Shown: in pieces, positions 42,810 to 59,426 of the stretch | Position numbering within the stretch: the stretch's first letter is position 1 | Layout: the number at the start of each line of letters is the position of its first letter | Assembly: GCF_018350175.1 (NCBI RefSeq) | Contig: NC_058383.1 | Coordinates: 26,538,001-26,602,000 of the forward strand | Source: Felis catus | Lineage: Eukaryota | Length of the DNA stretch: 64,000 bases | Direction of reading: 5' to 3' | The notes under the pieces: model-generated | The model's database searches: none | What the model was told of the DNA's origin: nothing | Seen by the model: the letters and a program-made list of their open reading frames with translations, nothing else | Position numbers and translations under genes: made by a program

Positions 42810-43524
42810 TAATTTTAAATCTGTTGATTAGAAAAAGTTGAGTTTAATTCCTTGGTTGTGATTTAATCTATGAATGAAATAAGTTAAAATTTCTGTTCCA
42901 AGTCACTATTCATATTTTGTGCTTAGAACATGTCAAATGTTTAAGGGCTTGGAACTTTAAAGGTAGTTCTAAGAAACTTGTAGAAGAAATAGTTCTCGTA
43001 ATCATTTTTAGTAACTATAATGTACAGGAGAGTGCAGGTAGTAGTTTTTTAATGTATGCAGAAGTGTATATAATAATGTTATAATGAATGGGAAGAGTGC
43101 TCGTTTATAAATGGGTTCAATAAACAATTGGAATCCAAAAATAACAAATGTTTCTTAATTCGATAATAGCAGTAGGCAATATTCAGACATAAAATTAATC
43201 ATACTTTAGTTCATGGTTATTTATATTTGACTTTTGCTTTATATTTACTGCATATGTTACTCCTACAGATAGCACAGTTTAAATTTGGGTAACTTTTTTT
43301 TACTTTGTAAAGCCTGACACCATCTGCTGTTAAGCTTGTGTCAGTTACCTTTTGTAGCCACAGTATATGTGAAATTTCAAGAATTCTAAGCTAATAATGT
43401 AATGTTGTAAAAATAATTGTTAAATACACGTGCTTTTAAATGGGCTTCGGTTGTGAACAATGGTTGTAAATTTAGTAGATGCTTGAATTTTAATGGTATT
43501 GAGGTCTGTGGTTAATTGTTCTGA

Positions 43525-43692
<168 letters not shown>

Positions 43693-45224
43693 TAAGTTGG
43701 AAGGTAGGAAATAGGTAATGGGATATCTTTACATTTAAACCCTCTGTATTCCTGGATAACATTGTAGTTAAATGTTAAAACAGCTTTGTTCAATTTCAGC
43801 AATTGAAACTCGCTGTGAATCACTTTACTAGGAGTCATCTTTAGTCTGTTCTTTAACAGCAAAACTTAGATGCCTTTCTTACTTACAGATTAGTAAGAAA
43901 TCCTCCTTAAAATAAGATCTGCCAATTACTTGCGTCATAATTGATAACCTTTCTTGTCAGAGTCTGGTACAAACTGTCCTTCATGGCTAGAGGGCTTGCT
44001 CATTAGCCTTGTGCACTCATTCTCTAGGTAAATGAATATGTATTGCAGCAGACTGTGTATATTTATGTCCGTTTTCCCAAGTCTGGAAAATGTGGGAAAA
44101 ATAGAAGAACTCATAATTACATCTGCTAGGGATAACTGTTAGTTTTGGTGTACGTGCCTCTGTAGTTCTTTTTTCTTTTATATACAGTCTTCTCCCCATG
44201 TTTCTCAGAAATGGCTGTGTTTCTGCTACTCACATCATTTTGTTTTTTCTATTCACTAACCTTTAAAAAAATATTTTGGCATGTTAAATATTCTACAATG
44301 TTATTTTTAATGACGCAGTTGTATTTTTTGTGAGTGCACCATAATTTAACTTTCCTTATTCTTGGACAGTAAGGTTGTTTCTGATGTTTTTTACTAATCT
44401 TAATGTACCATGGCACTTAATTCTTCATAGTAAGCTATAGCTTATAAATTTGTTTCTTTTCTTTGAATTCATTTCCTGCAAGTTGATTTACTAGAAGAAA
44501 GGCTACAGACCTTAAGGCTTATGATACATACTGTTGCAAAGTTATTGTACAGAAAAGAGATTCCATTTTATATCCTTAATGATAGAGTAACCCCTTCCCT
44601 TTGCTGTTGTGAATAGTGAGGGTCACTGAGAAACAACCCCCCTGCCACCATCATCAGTGAAGATAATTTGTTTTAATTTATGTTTTTAGTAATGATTAAT
44701 ATAACTTTCCCCTTAAGTTCTATTGACCATATGTGATTTTTAAAAACAAGAGATTTTGTCTTCGTGGCCTCTCATATTTTCCTATACTGATATGTCAAGT
44801 ATAGGAAATCCTGCTATACTGATAGAGCAGGATTGTTGATGCGGTCTAATTTCTTGATTTATAATTTGTTTTTAATGTTTATGGTGTTTTTTCATACCTG
44901 GAAGTTTTAAATTACACCATTAGTATCTGTTACTTTATGAATTCTTTTTTAAAACTTGTTCTTCTACTTAGCCTTGGCATATAATGAGATCAGATACTTA
45001 ATATTTTCTGTTATTTTATACTGCCTTTAAAAAAACTTTAATAGTGTGTACATTTATTTTCATTTGTTGTGAGGAAAAAATCTAATTTCGTGCACCCCAC
45101 CCCACACAAAATAATTAATTCGTTATCTCTGCTCAGTTTGAGTGATTAATTTTTTTTTTTTAGTTTTTTTGGAAATGAAGTCTGTGGCTAATTTAAAAGT
45201 AAGGACTGTTTGAATTTGCATTGA

Positions 45225-45389
<165 letters not shown>

Positions 45390-45462
45390 TAAAAAGTCGT
45401 ATACGCTCAGATAGTTTGTATTAATGATCCTGTTGTATAGTTTAGATTTCTCTGCTCATTAA

Positions 45463-45717
<255 letters not shown>

Positions 45718-46539
45718 TAAGGACTGTTTTTCAGCTAAATAAATTTTCAGCAACCTTAAAGTCTGCCTCTGTGGCAGAAAAATATTAAGATTGGTACCAT
45801 CTACTACTGCAGCATGTTTGAAGTTCTAGTAATACTGCTGTTCAAAAAATGACTACAACGAGAAACCAGCATTAGATGTGAGGAAGATACTCATACGGTG
45901 GAAAACAGACTTGTTAACTGTTGAAACGGTCATTTGATCTTCATTCTCAGAGCTTATGGTTTTAAAATCAAAAGGAGTGAAAGCAAATTTGTTACTGCTT
46001 TAGGAAGGGTCACGTTTGATGACTTTTCACGGTTGGTGGGCTCAAGCCCCACGTCAGGCTCTGTTCTGACAGCTTGGAGCCCGGAGCCTGCTTTGGATTC
46101 TGTGTCCCCCTCTCTGTCTACCCCTTCCCTGCTCATGCTCTGTCTCAAAAATAAGGAAACATTAGAAAAAAATGAACTTCTCAAAAATATTCTTGAGAGG
46201 ACAGAGTTTATGAACATTTATAAAATCAGCTCCCTTTCTTTTCATCTCCATATTTCTCTGTGCATTTATTAATCCCTTAATTCAAAATGTAGGTACTGGG
46301 AGCCCCTGGCTGGCTGTGTCAGTAGAGCATGCAGTTCTTGATCTCAGGGTCATGAGTTCGAGTCCCATATTGGGTGTAGATATTATTTAAATAAATATTA
46401 AAATTAAAAAACAAAAACCAAAATATATGTACTGAATTTCTTAAATCAAAATTTGTGTACCCCCAAGAGGTTGGGACACAGGAGTCGTTAGCTGTCCTTC
46501 CCATTGTGGAGCTCAGCTTCTAGGGAGCAAATGGGTTAA

Positions 46540-48500
46540 TGGGTAATTTTTCCATTGAGCATGTACTATGTGCCAGGCAATGGGGTGTAGCACCTCATGA
46601 GACATGAATTCCGACTCTTGAGGAGTTCCCTTCTAGAGGGACACACAGGCAGATAGACAAGGTTGGGAATGCCATCAGCATGACATTTGGGCGAAGACTT
46701 AAGGAAACAGATCTGATGAAAGAATAATGTGCTTTGAGTGTTCTGGAAATGGCCCAGAAAGTGGCCCAGAGGCCACTATTATTGAAGCAGAGTCAATAAT
46801 AGGAGATCAGGATAGAGGGTAGATGGGGAACTGGGAGAAGGACTTTGACTCCCAGTAATATGGAAAATCTTAGGTGAGATTTGAACAGGAGAGGCATGTC
46901 GTGATTTGACTTAGTCATTCCCCCTGCTGTTGGGAAGAGACTGGAGGTGGACGACAGGGGTGGCAGCATGTAGACCATTTATCTGTGGGACAAAGGTGGA
47001 GGGAGGACAGACACTGTTAGTTGAAGCAGGAGCACACAGAACCAGGAGGTGTTTTTACGGTGTATATGAAACATGCGGAGGAGAGTAGTAAGCAGTTAAG
47101 AATTGGATTTGGAACAAAGGAGAAAAGTCTAAGCTGGAGAGTGATTTGGGGGTTCATTAGCATATAGGTGACAGTAAAAGACATTTTTTTTCTCTTCACA
47201 CTTTATACTCCAGAGCCTTTGTAAGCCACGAAATCACAGATTAAGCTCTGGAGAAGGGTGAGTGAAAAGGAAAGAAGGCCAAGGTCAGAATCCTTACGAG
47301 CATCTTTGTTCCAGGAAGGGAGAGGAAGCCACCGATAAAAACAGAAAGACACTGAGGAGAGAAAAGTCCAAGATGGAGGAGAAGCAGACTGGAATAGTCA
47401 GTCTTGTCAGAAGCTCCAGAGATGACAAGCAAGAAGAGCTTTGTAGAGAGAGATCACGAGAAGCAGCTGGGTTGAGTAGTACTATTGAGTGGTGGAGAAA
47501 GTTGAAAATCGAAAGCTTTAGTTAGGTTACTTGGGTGGTGAGTTTTTCCTGAAGTCAAGGAGAGGAGGAGGCTGTGGCTGGAGGAGAATGTTGCGTAGTT
47601 ACCTGAAATATTGGAGAGTTTTAGTGTTCTTTCAAGTTCACGGGAAAGAGTGACAGGAAAGCAGAGGTTTAAGAAACAGGATAAATAACATTGAAGGATC
47701 AACTGGGCTCTACTTTTTTTATGCCTCAAGGAGAGCAGCGGAAGTTGGATATAGACTGTTTTGGGAGTGGATAGATGGTGGATTAGAGGTAAGGGGAGAG
47801 GAAATGAAAGGGTAGAGGATAGATGGTTGGGCTTTTTGTTTTATGTCTTTTTTTTTTTTTTCGAGGAGTCCATCATTAGCTGACAGTGTGAGGGCATTGT
47901 AGAGTATAGTGGGGAGGGACACGGGAACCTGCCCCTGGAGAGGACTCAGATCCAGTAGTGGCCGGAATGATCAGGGTGCTGTCACCAAACCTCGACAGTT
48001 CTTCAGTTACAGCTTACGTGAGAAGCTGGCATTTACCTTAATCCAGGCTTGGAGCTTATACAGTAGAGGCAGGTGCAGTTATTGATGTCATATTTCCAGT
48101 GCTGGCTTCAAGCTGAGTTGTAAGGCAGGTGACACAGTGAGAGGGACAGGAAAAGATGAGAGATTAATAGAATAGAAAGAGATGAGAAACTAAGTCATCT
48201 TCTTGGTTGGAAATCAGCTGTAGTAGGAATGGGAACAGAGTGAGTGATCTGAAAGTAGCCGGAAGGAGCTAGGAGAAGGCCTCTCCTCACATGGATGCTG
48301 CAGGACTAAAGGGGTTTCAGAGGTGCCACCATTTTCAGATAAGGTGAGGAGATGGAAAGGAAGAATTCTCTGAAAGAAGAGAAACAGGTTCCGTGAGACA
48401 CGTTGGAGAAGGGAGAGAGGGAGGATGGCCAGCAGTGAAAGGAGGCAGGACGAGGATGGAGTCCTGAGATAGTAGGATAGGAGCCCTCCAGGGGCTTAGG
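46540..48500. mobile_element. Degenerate L2 relic(s)
   Basis: ttgagcatgtactatgtgccaggca L2 3' end followed by purine-rich L2-like sequence; boundaries uncertain. Confidence 0.5.
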
Positions 48501-48863
48501 CTTTAGGTAGGGAATGGGGTCGCGTAGGGAACTGAGAAGTAGCTTGGGGAGAATCAGATGTTGCCATTGCCCTGCAGCGGTCTGTCAGTTTGTTGGATGG
48601 GCCCGGAGGATAACAGACTACAAAAAGAGGACAGGTGAGCGTGCTAAACTGAATGTCTATAGTTGTGGCTTTCCGGTTTGCCACTCCAATTTTAGTGCTA
48701 ATTAAGTTGGTAGTCCCATCTTCAAAATAGAAATAAAATGATGGCCTGCGTAGAAGGAACTTCACCAAAAGAATGCTGTGTAACTGGGCTTTTTCCAGAA
48801 TTTGTTCTGCCTTTCTTTTGAATGATTGCACAGGCTGGATAGGGTGTGATGTAAGCTAACTGA

Positions 48864-48992
<129 letters not shown>

Positions 48993-49649
48993 TGAGATAA
49001 TAATCTTAAAATTAGGTATTTTATGGACAAGTTGCCCAAAATATTTGGCTTAGTATTTTACTGGAAAAACGGGAGGTTTTTGTACATTTATTTTGGGGCA
49101 GAGTCCCATGCGAAGGAACATATGTAGGGCTGTTTTACTTACATTTGATTTGGCAAATGGAAACAGTTTAATTAAAGTTAATCTAACTTAAAAAGACTGT
49201 CATAAGACTTGGAGATTTATCTGGCCACGTTTGAAAAAGTTCAGTGTTTAAGCTAAATATTTTTCTTAGCGTCTTAATGTGGTTCGTTAATTTCTTTACC
49301 CCAACTGGCACATTCTGTAAAATACTACACTAAAATTAGTATTGTGAGTACTTTGTGTGTTAGCATTGCTTTGCCGAATTCAGTAAGGTTTGCAAAATAG
49401 GTGTAGATTTGCCCCTTTAAAATGTAGCGTATGTTGGTTTATTGATTTTCGAACTTGGGAAATCAGCTGATTCGGGTGGGTGTGAGATGTAATTTGAATG
49501 CAGACTGTGACTTTTATATAGCTCTCAGAAATGCTTCATCATAGTGTTCAGCTGGCTGAGCTTAAATACGAAAGAATGTATTCATCAGTGATAAATTTTT
49601 AATACTGTTAAAATGTCTTATCATTCTTAACACGTTAAAAACAACTTAA

Positions 49650-49823
<174 letters not shown>

Positions 49824-50175
49824 TAAGTTTAATCCGAAGGAGGTTAATGTGCGCTATGTGTACCATATGGTGAATGTACGTACTTGGCGATGAATCACTT
49901 AACAGTTCACTACAATGCTAGTTAGTCATGATAGCTTCGTTTTCCTTGTAGAAGTCGCGTGAAACGTGAGTGCCCCTTGCCAGCATATATAGAGGTTGAA
50001 ACTAAATAAACTGTAGAAATCCGCAGAAGCATGTCTTGACTTGCTTGTGTCATTTTACTAAAGGGCAGACAGCTCTTCTTCCTTTCCCCTCTTTGGATGC
50101 CACTGTGGTAGCATCTTATCAAACTGCCTTATCTCTTCAGTGATTACCGGCTGGAAAATCTCATTTGTTAATTAA

Positions 50176-50397
<222 letters not shown>

Positions 50398-50575
50398 TAA
50401 TAGGCATTTGTGTAGAAAAAGATTTCTTTGAAAAAAATTTTTTTTTAATTTTTAAAATAGTATTTGTAGCATTTGTTGGACAAGGTAGTAAATACAGAAA
50501 TCCAAAATGCCATTTTCAGGCACATTTTCATTTGAGAAGTGTATGAGGCAGACGGAGGAAGTAAAGATAGAGAGT

Positions 50576-50807
50576 TTTTTTTTTTTTTTTTAATTTTTTT
50601 TTTTCAACGTTTATTTATTTTTGGGACAGAGAGAGACAGAGCATGAACGGGCGAGGGGCAGAGAGAGAGGGAGACACAGAATCGGAAACAGGCTCCAGGC
50701 TCTGAGCCATCAGCCCAGAGCCCGACGCGGGGCTCGAACTCACGGACCACGAGATCGTGACCTGGCTGAAGTCGGACGCTTAACCGACTGCGCCACCCAG
50801 GCGCCCC
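50576..50807 (-). mobile_element. Young SINEC_Fc-type SINE
   Basis: Full length, CpG-intact; perfect TSD aaagatagagagttttt. Confidence 0.93.
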
Positions 50808-51429
50808 AAAGATAGAGAGTTTTAAGGACAGCAAATTGCTTAATTTTTTCCTTTGCTTTGTTTGTTTGTTTTTGGAAGAAGAGAGTGTATGTAAATATAT
50901 TTCCGTTTGACAGGTGTTACAAATTTTAGATTTGATTAGCGAAGATACCCGCAAGGTGCCTGGCTGGCTAGGTGGTAGAGCATGCAACTTTTGATCTCGG
51001 GGTCTTGAGTTCAAGCTCCATGTTGGATGAAGAACATACTTAAAAAAAAAAAAAAAAGACACCCCATCCTTCTCCCAGATAGGGGACAGTTTAACCAAAG
51101 ATGGGCCCTTCCCAAGGGAATTAGAATCTTTGAAAATCTGCTAATAAAGTAGTAGTTTTATGTTTCTCTGTAATCTAACTTCTGTTTTATAGTTAATATG
51201 CTTGTGTTTATTTTTATAAAAATATGCTTTATTGATAAATTGGACTTGATTTTTTCTTTCTTTTTAAGGCAAAGCAAAGATGTATCTTAGACTGTCTCTT
51301 TTCTTCTTGTGATTAGAAGATAAAATGAAGAAAGGGGGGAGTTGAATAGACAAGTAGAGCTGAGTGGCTCGTTTAAGGGGATGCAGGTTAACTCGGTCTA
51401 CAAACATGCATGGAGTCTGTTTGCCTTAA

Positions 51430-51579
<150 letters not shown>

Positions 51580-51589
51580 TAGCTTGGAT

Positions 51590-52520
51590 TTTTTAAATAG
51601 CTTTGATTGAGATATAATTTACACATTTGGCATGTACAGATCCATGAGTTTTGACAGATCTTTACCACCAGTTCGTTCAAGATCTAGAACACTCATATCA
51701 CCGCAAAAAGTTTTTCTTATGCCTCTACCCAGTCGCCTCTCCCATGTGTCCTGTCCTGGGCAAGTGCTGATTTGTTTCCTGTCACTGTAGATTAGACCTG
51801 TCTTAACTAAAGTTTTGTATAAATGGGATCATACAACTCTGTTGTGTCTGGGTTCTTTTCGGCACTTTATTTTCAAGGTTCACCTGTGTTGCGTGTATCA
51901 GTAGTGTGATCCTTTGTGTTGTTGAGTAGTGACCATTTGATGGATGCACCATAATTTATCTGGTTCTTTGGATAGATCCTGGAGTTGTTTTAAAATGTGG
52001 GCTATTATGTGTAGAGCCGCAGTGAAATTCATGTACAGGTCTCTGGGTGGACATATATTTGTGTTTCTCTTGAGTAAATGCCTGTTAGTGAAATTGTTGG
52101 GTCGTAATGGTTCAACGTTAAAAATAAGTTGGCGAGTTCTTAGAACGTGTTTGTACATTTTACATTTCTTCTTGTGTCTCTATCTTTGGTGGTGTTGGTC
52201 TTTAATTTTAGTCACCTGGCACCAGTGTATAGTAGTATTTCATTGCGGTTTTGTTTGCATTTTCCTGATGATTAATGAGATTGAGCCTCTTCATTTGCAT
52301 AGTGACCACTGTGTATCTTACTTTTTATTTTTATTTATTTATTTTTTAAATTTTTTTATATGAAATTTATTGGCAAATTGGTTTCCATACAACACCCAGT
52401 GCTCATCCCAAATGTATCTTACTTTTTAAAGTGTTTAAATCTTGTCCGTTTTTAGTCAAGTCATAAACTTGTTTATTTGTTCTGGATATGAATTCTTTGT
52501 CAGATATAATGGACTGTGGA
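51590..52520 (-). mobile_element. Old antisense L1M relic containing an ~86-bp young L1 3' tip (52327-52412)
   Basis: agctttgattgagatataatttaca old L1 end; nested tatgaaatttattggcaaattggtttccatacaacacccagtgctcatccca with TSD tgtatcttacttttt. Confidence 0.8.
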
Positions 52521-52729
52521 TGTTAAGTTTTAAACACTCCAAATGAGTTGACAATTAGTATTTGTATAAATATTAGTAGATCTCATTTTTAAGAAAGAAA
52601 CGTCTCTTATGTTAAAAGGGTGTTAGCAATTTATTGCTTGAAAATGGAAAAGTTGCCAGAATTCTGTAGAATTGTAGTTGAAAATTGCGGTAGCTAAGAT
52701 TACTGAATACATTTGAGTATTAAATTTCA

Positions 52730-52955
52730 GGGGGACCTGGGTGGCTCATTCAGTTAAGCTCCCAACTCTTGATTTTGGCTCAGGCCATGATCTCACGGTT
52801 TGTGAGATCAAGCCCCGTGTCAGGGCTCTACACTGACAGCACAAAGCTTGCTTGGGATTCTCTCTCTCCCTTTCTCTCTTTGCCTCCCCACTGGCACGCC
52901 CACGTGCGCTTTCTTTCTCGCCCTCTCTCAAAATAAATAAACATTAAAAAAAATA
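52730..52955 (+). mobile_element. Can-SINE
   Basis: Head, (CT)-rich body, A tail. Confidence 0.87.
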
Positions 52956-53359
52956 ATAATTTCAAGTAAGGTAATGTTGGGGTGTGGACTCGCATTGCAG
53001 AGTGATTACTGGGAACTGTGACTCTCCTGGACTCTCAGTGCTGTATATATTTGGGTTGGATCGTTAGCCCAACTTTTGCAAATGGAAGGACCTTAGGGCA
53101 AGTCATTAAACTTCTGAGTCACATTCCCTTTCAGTTCTGGGTATTGCCTTGCTGAGGAGATTCTTGTAAGGATTATGGGAGATGAGATAAGGCATATAAA
53201 AGCCCTGATGCAGAGCATGGCATATAGTAGGACTACAAATACCATCTTCTTTCTCATCCTTCCCATATTGAACAAGTTTTAAAATTGGGAATAAAAAGTC
53301 AGTAACTCAGCGGTTATATTTGAGACAAAACTCCACTCCGCCTTGCCTTTTTTTCTTTG

Positions 53360-54480
53360 GCAAGTGTGCTTTGTGCCAGGTATTGTGCTCGAAGTTGGGA
53401 TGTAATGGTGACCAAGACTGTTTTCTGCATTCCTAAGACCAAAGGGATTCTAGAGTCTAGCAGGGAAAACTTACGTCGTACAAGGAACAGCAGTGGTGTG
53501 CTGAATGGAAGTCCACGTACATGGTGCTGAAAGAACATAAAACAAGAGCACCGATTTAAACCTAAGAATCAGTCGGAAAAGGATTTGGGGAAGAAGTAAC
53601 ATTTAATCTGATACCCGAGGGAGGTAGAGATGAGAAGGAAGGTGGTGGGCCATTTGGCTGGAAAAAACATGGGAAGGCCAGTGGCAATAATGAAAGATTC
53701 TTAGGTGACTCAGTTTGCCTAAGGGAGAATGGGAAGAGAGGAAGCTGAAGGAGACTGAGATTGGAATGAAATGTAAGGCATCAGTGCCTTTCAAGGCAAA
53801 TTCAGGAGTTGGGATTTTGTCTGGGCAGTGGGAAGCCTTCAGAGGGACGTTAAGTGTTCAGATTTATCTTTGTATAAGATGACTTCAGTTGCAGGTTGGA
53901 GAATGGACTAGAAGAGGAGAAGACTGGGGGCAGAGGGACCCATTAGGCTAAAGTCCCTGCTAAAGGTAACCAAGGTAGTGTGATAGGGATAGACAAAAAG
54001 TAGATGTGATAGCAGGGCTGAAAGTGAAGTCCTGTGACGGCTGCCAGGCATCTGCTCAGGTAGCCAGGTTGATTATGTTCCTCAAGAAAGGAAAAACAGG
54101 AGAAGGAAGTAGAGTGTTTGGAGGGTGGCAGGAAATGGATTTAACTTGACACAGTTTGAAGTACCCTTGAAATGCCTGACTGTAGGTGAACTGGTAGGCA
54201 GGTGGGACTCAGATGTCAGGTCTGGGCTCAAGATGAAGACTCCACAGTCATCAGCATTTGCATGGTAATTGAAACTACAGAAGCAAATGATATTGTCCAG
54301 GGAGAATATGCAGAGTAAGAAGAGTAGAAAGCCTAGGATCGACCCCTAGGAATATCAGTTTTAATGGATGGGTAGTAGAGAGGAAGGAGACTGAGGGTTC
54401 ATCAGAAAGGTAGGAGTAAACTCGGAGAGAATGGCGTGATAAAAGGGCAGAGGGTACTTCTACATGAAGGAGGATGGTCT
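53360..54480. mobile_element. Degenerate L2 relic
   Basis: gctttgtgccaggtattgtgct L2 end and ggtctgggct...agtcatcagcat...ggtaattgaaa motifs. Confidence 0.55.
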
Positions 54481-54786
54481 AGCTTTACCGTCACTTCCCA
54501 CCCTTTGGCCTGAGCCCTTTACTAAAAAGATCTGGAAACTGAAAAGCCGATCTCTTAGAGTGAATCATTTTTACTTTTGTCAGCTTCATTGTATGCATTT
54601 ATTCCAATAAACATTTATTGTCTGTTGTGTGCCAAGCACCATGCTAGCTGCTAGGGATTTAAAGACGGTGAAAAATGAGTTATCTTGATTTAAGGAGGTG
54701 GTAGGGAAGGGAAAATAAATAGTTGGGGAAGAATTTTTGGCCATGTTTCCGTGCAGTCTGCGACTAGACCCATCAAGGACTAATGA

Positions 54787-55056
<270 letters not shown>

Positions 55057-55314
55057 TAGTAAAATGAACTGTGGTTAGTATATGACAAAATAAAAATCAT
55101 GTGTATGAATGTTAATGTGTATGATGTAAGGCAATAAAAGTTGGGTTTTTTTCAGCTGTGGCACAACATTTGTGTCCTGAATAATAAATTACCTGTAATT
55201 GACTTATCTCTATAATTTGGGGCTTTTAAAAGAGGTAATTTTGGTGTATTCAAGTAAGAAATGTTTCTGGAGATCATTGATTACCACTGAATTTACATTG
55301 TCACTTTACCCTGA

Positions 55315-55674
<360 letters not shown>

Positions 55675-55696
55675 TAGCTTTAAAATATTAATTTTA

Positions 55697-55885
55697 GGGG
55701 CGCCTGGGTGGCTCAGTCAGTTAAGCGTCCGACTTTGGCTCAGGTCATGATCTCGTGTTTCATGAGTTTGAGCCCCGCATTGGGCTCTGTGCTGACAGCT
55801 CAGAGCCTGGAGCCTGCTTTGGATTCTCCCCTGCTTGTGCTGTCTCTCTGTCCCTCAAAAAATGAATGAATGTTAAATTTTTTTA
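55697..55885 (+). mobile_element. Can-SINE 42 nt downstream of exon 31
   Basis: Head ggggcgcctgggtggctcag; flanked by aaatattaatttta duplication. Confidence 0.9.
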
Positions 55886-56726
55886 AATATTAATTTTAGA
55901 AGTTCTTTCTCCCTGCTTTAAAGTTTACAATATTATACTGGCTGTAATTTGCCACAGAAATTGTTTCTATGGAAATTTAGTGTATTTTACTGCCTGGAAG
56001 TAAGTAAAACACATTTCTGTAGTATCTAATGCTACCGTGCAAGTCACTTAAAACTCTGCCCACCAGGCCTTCCCTAACCACGGTGCTTTTATGCACTTAG
56101 ATGTTTTTGCTGGCAAGACGGCCCTGCCCCAGAAAGCTAAATGTCACCACACACTAGAAGGAGCAACAAAGACAGATAATAGTAGCCTGTGGTCTCCTTG
56201 GGTGATAGAGCACAGAAACTACTGAAAGATGAAAGTTTCACATTTTGACACTAGTGCTAATAATAGGGTACTTGACAAATAGGGTAGTTAATTCAGTGTT
56301 AGAGAGCCTGTTATGGTAGGTACCGTTGTCCATGTTTTACAGAGTGGGAGATAATTAACCTCTTTGCCAAAGCATGAGAATATACTTTCACTATTGTTGT
56401 TATGAAGCATAGGACTTTGATTTCTTACATTGGTCTTATGAAATCATTCTCATCTGTATATTATATAGTCTTGATATAAGGGATATGTCTGGTGACTATT
56501 ATAAATCTTACATTGGCATATGACATTCTAGCAGGTGATTTCTTTACTTCTGAACTGTGGATAAAGACATTTACCTCATGAATTTCTGATTGAATGAGAT
56601 TGTATACTTATCACCTATGTATTACTTTTCCCAGAATGCTTTAGCTTAATCTAATCACAAGGAAGTAACCAGTCATATCCATAATTCAAGACGTTGCACA
56701 ACACATCTGACACCTGAACTGTTTTT

Positions 56727-57173
56727 TTTTTTCCAGTATATGAAGTTTATTGTCAAATTGGTTTCCATACAACACCCAGTGCTCATATCAAAAGGTGCCC
56801 TCCTCAATACCCATCACCCACCCTCCCCTCCCTCCCACCCCCCATCAACCCTCAGTTTGTTCTCAGTTTTTAAGAGTCTCTTATGCTTTGGCTCTCTTCC
56901 ACTCTAACCTCTTTTTTTTTTTTTTTCCTTCCCCTCCCCCATGGGTTACTATTAAGTTTCTCAGGATCCACATAAGAGTGAAAACATATGGTATCTGTCT
57001 TTCTCTGTATGGGTTATTTCACTTAGCATAACACTCTCTAGTTCCATCCATGTTGCTACAAAGGGCCATATTTCACTCTTTCTCATTGCCACGTAGTACT
57101 CCATTGTGTATATAAACCACAATTTTTTTATACATTCGTCAGTTGATGGGCATTTAGGCTCTTTGCATAATTT
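56727..57173 (-). mobile_element. 5'-truncated young felid L1 3' end
   Basis: T tail, tatgaagtttattgtcaaattggtttccatacaacacccag; perfect TSD acacctgaactgttttt (56710-56726, 57174-57190). Confidence 0.92.
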
Positions 57174-57402
57174 ACACCTGAACTGTTTTTATTTAAAGTG
57201 TCATGAAAGATATTTATATGGTTTACAGGGTGATAATTTAAGCCGACTTGGGAAGCTGAGTGGTTGATTTCAGTTTATTAGCCTTTTCAAAAAGCATAGT
57301 AGGAAATGTGTTCCTTTGTCAAATTTTGCATTGTAATATTCTGGAACTTACTGATAGCTTACAGATAATAAAACCCCAAAATGTTAATGGGAGTGCCATT
57401 AG

Positions 57403-57636
<234 letters not shown>

Positions 57637-57749
57637 TAACTTAGCTAATGCATTGCAAAATAGAGACAGAAAATGTCTGCTGACAGGTTTTGGTAACTTG
57701 ACATGGCATGTTTTGATAGCTGCAACTAGTGACTTGTTTATTTTTATAG

Positions 57750-57888
57750 TCAGGGAGAAGGTGTTCGTCTGCTGCCTAGAGAAAAATCTGAAGTTCAGAA
57801 TCTGCTTCCAGACACTATAACTGAGGAAGAAAAAGAGAGGATTTATGGTATTCTTGGACAGGCTGTCTGTCGGCCAGCGGGGATTCAG
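57750..57888 (+). CDS. SMG1: SMG1 exon 33 (139 nt), GC donor
   Basis: ttatag|T CAG GGA ... ATT CAG|gcaagg; QGEGVRLLPREKSEVQNLLPD...CRPAGIQ; frame requires the GC donor. Confidence 0.93.
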
Positions 57889-58769
57889 GCAAGGAAAATA
57901 TGATGTAGTGTTGGGAGAAATGGTGTCAGGATCACTGTTTTAATTCATTGATTTGGAGGAGGTTGATCATATATATACTTGATTAAATATTGAATAGGGT
58001 TTAGGCAGTTTTTGTTACAAATCAGAACTTTGAGTTTTAAAATGAAAGTGAGTTATGATACTTTTCTAAGAAAAATGTAATTTCTTGAGAAATCATTTCT
58101 TTAAGGTCCTGTTATTAAAATAGGTGAAGTTTGCTTTATGGGAATGAAATTTCTCTTTTAGGTGTTTTGATCAGAAATTAGGTTCTTAACACTAGCTTGG
58201 GACCTTTTTAAACTACACGAGGGCCTGCATACCACCCCAGATAGCTGAGTGGGACATGTGCGCACGTATTTAAGCTTACTAGGTGATTGATTGTACTTCA
58301 CAGCCAGAGTTGAAACCTAGTGAACTAAACGAGCTGTAGGATTTATTCCCTCTCTGCTCAGAGTTCTGTCAATTCTAGAATGTCACAACTACTGAGTAGA
58401 TACAGACTTTAAAAGTTGGGATTTTATTTGCTAACCTAACCTCGTCTTGCTCTGGACTTCAGCATGTATCGCTGTCTGCCAGAGCTGGTGTTCTGTACAT
58501 GCCCAGTACTATGAAGAGAGCAGGGTCTGTTGTGAGTGAATTCTGTGAACATTTAGCCTCAACCTTCTGAACAGATTATGTTTAATGTTCTGCCGGCAGA
58601 ACATCACATTATAATTTGGAAGCGTTTAAGGTGCAAAACACCGGAGTCGTCTTCATTAGCTACGTTAGTAAAACATCATACAGAGGAGTGTATTGATACT
58701 GGTTTAGCATGTGTAGAATTAAGTGTGAAGTAATTGAATTTTTCATCAACGAGAAAAATGCTTTTGTAG

Positions 58770-59126
<357 letters not shown>

Positions 59127-59177
59127 TAGCAGACGAAAACGGTATTCTTGTTTCTGCCTTTCATCTTTTGCCCTTAG

Positions 59178-59426
<249 letters not shown>

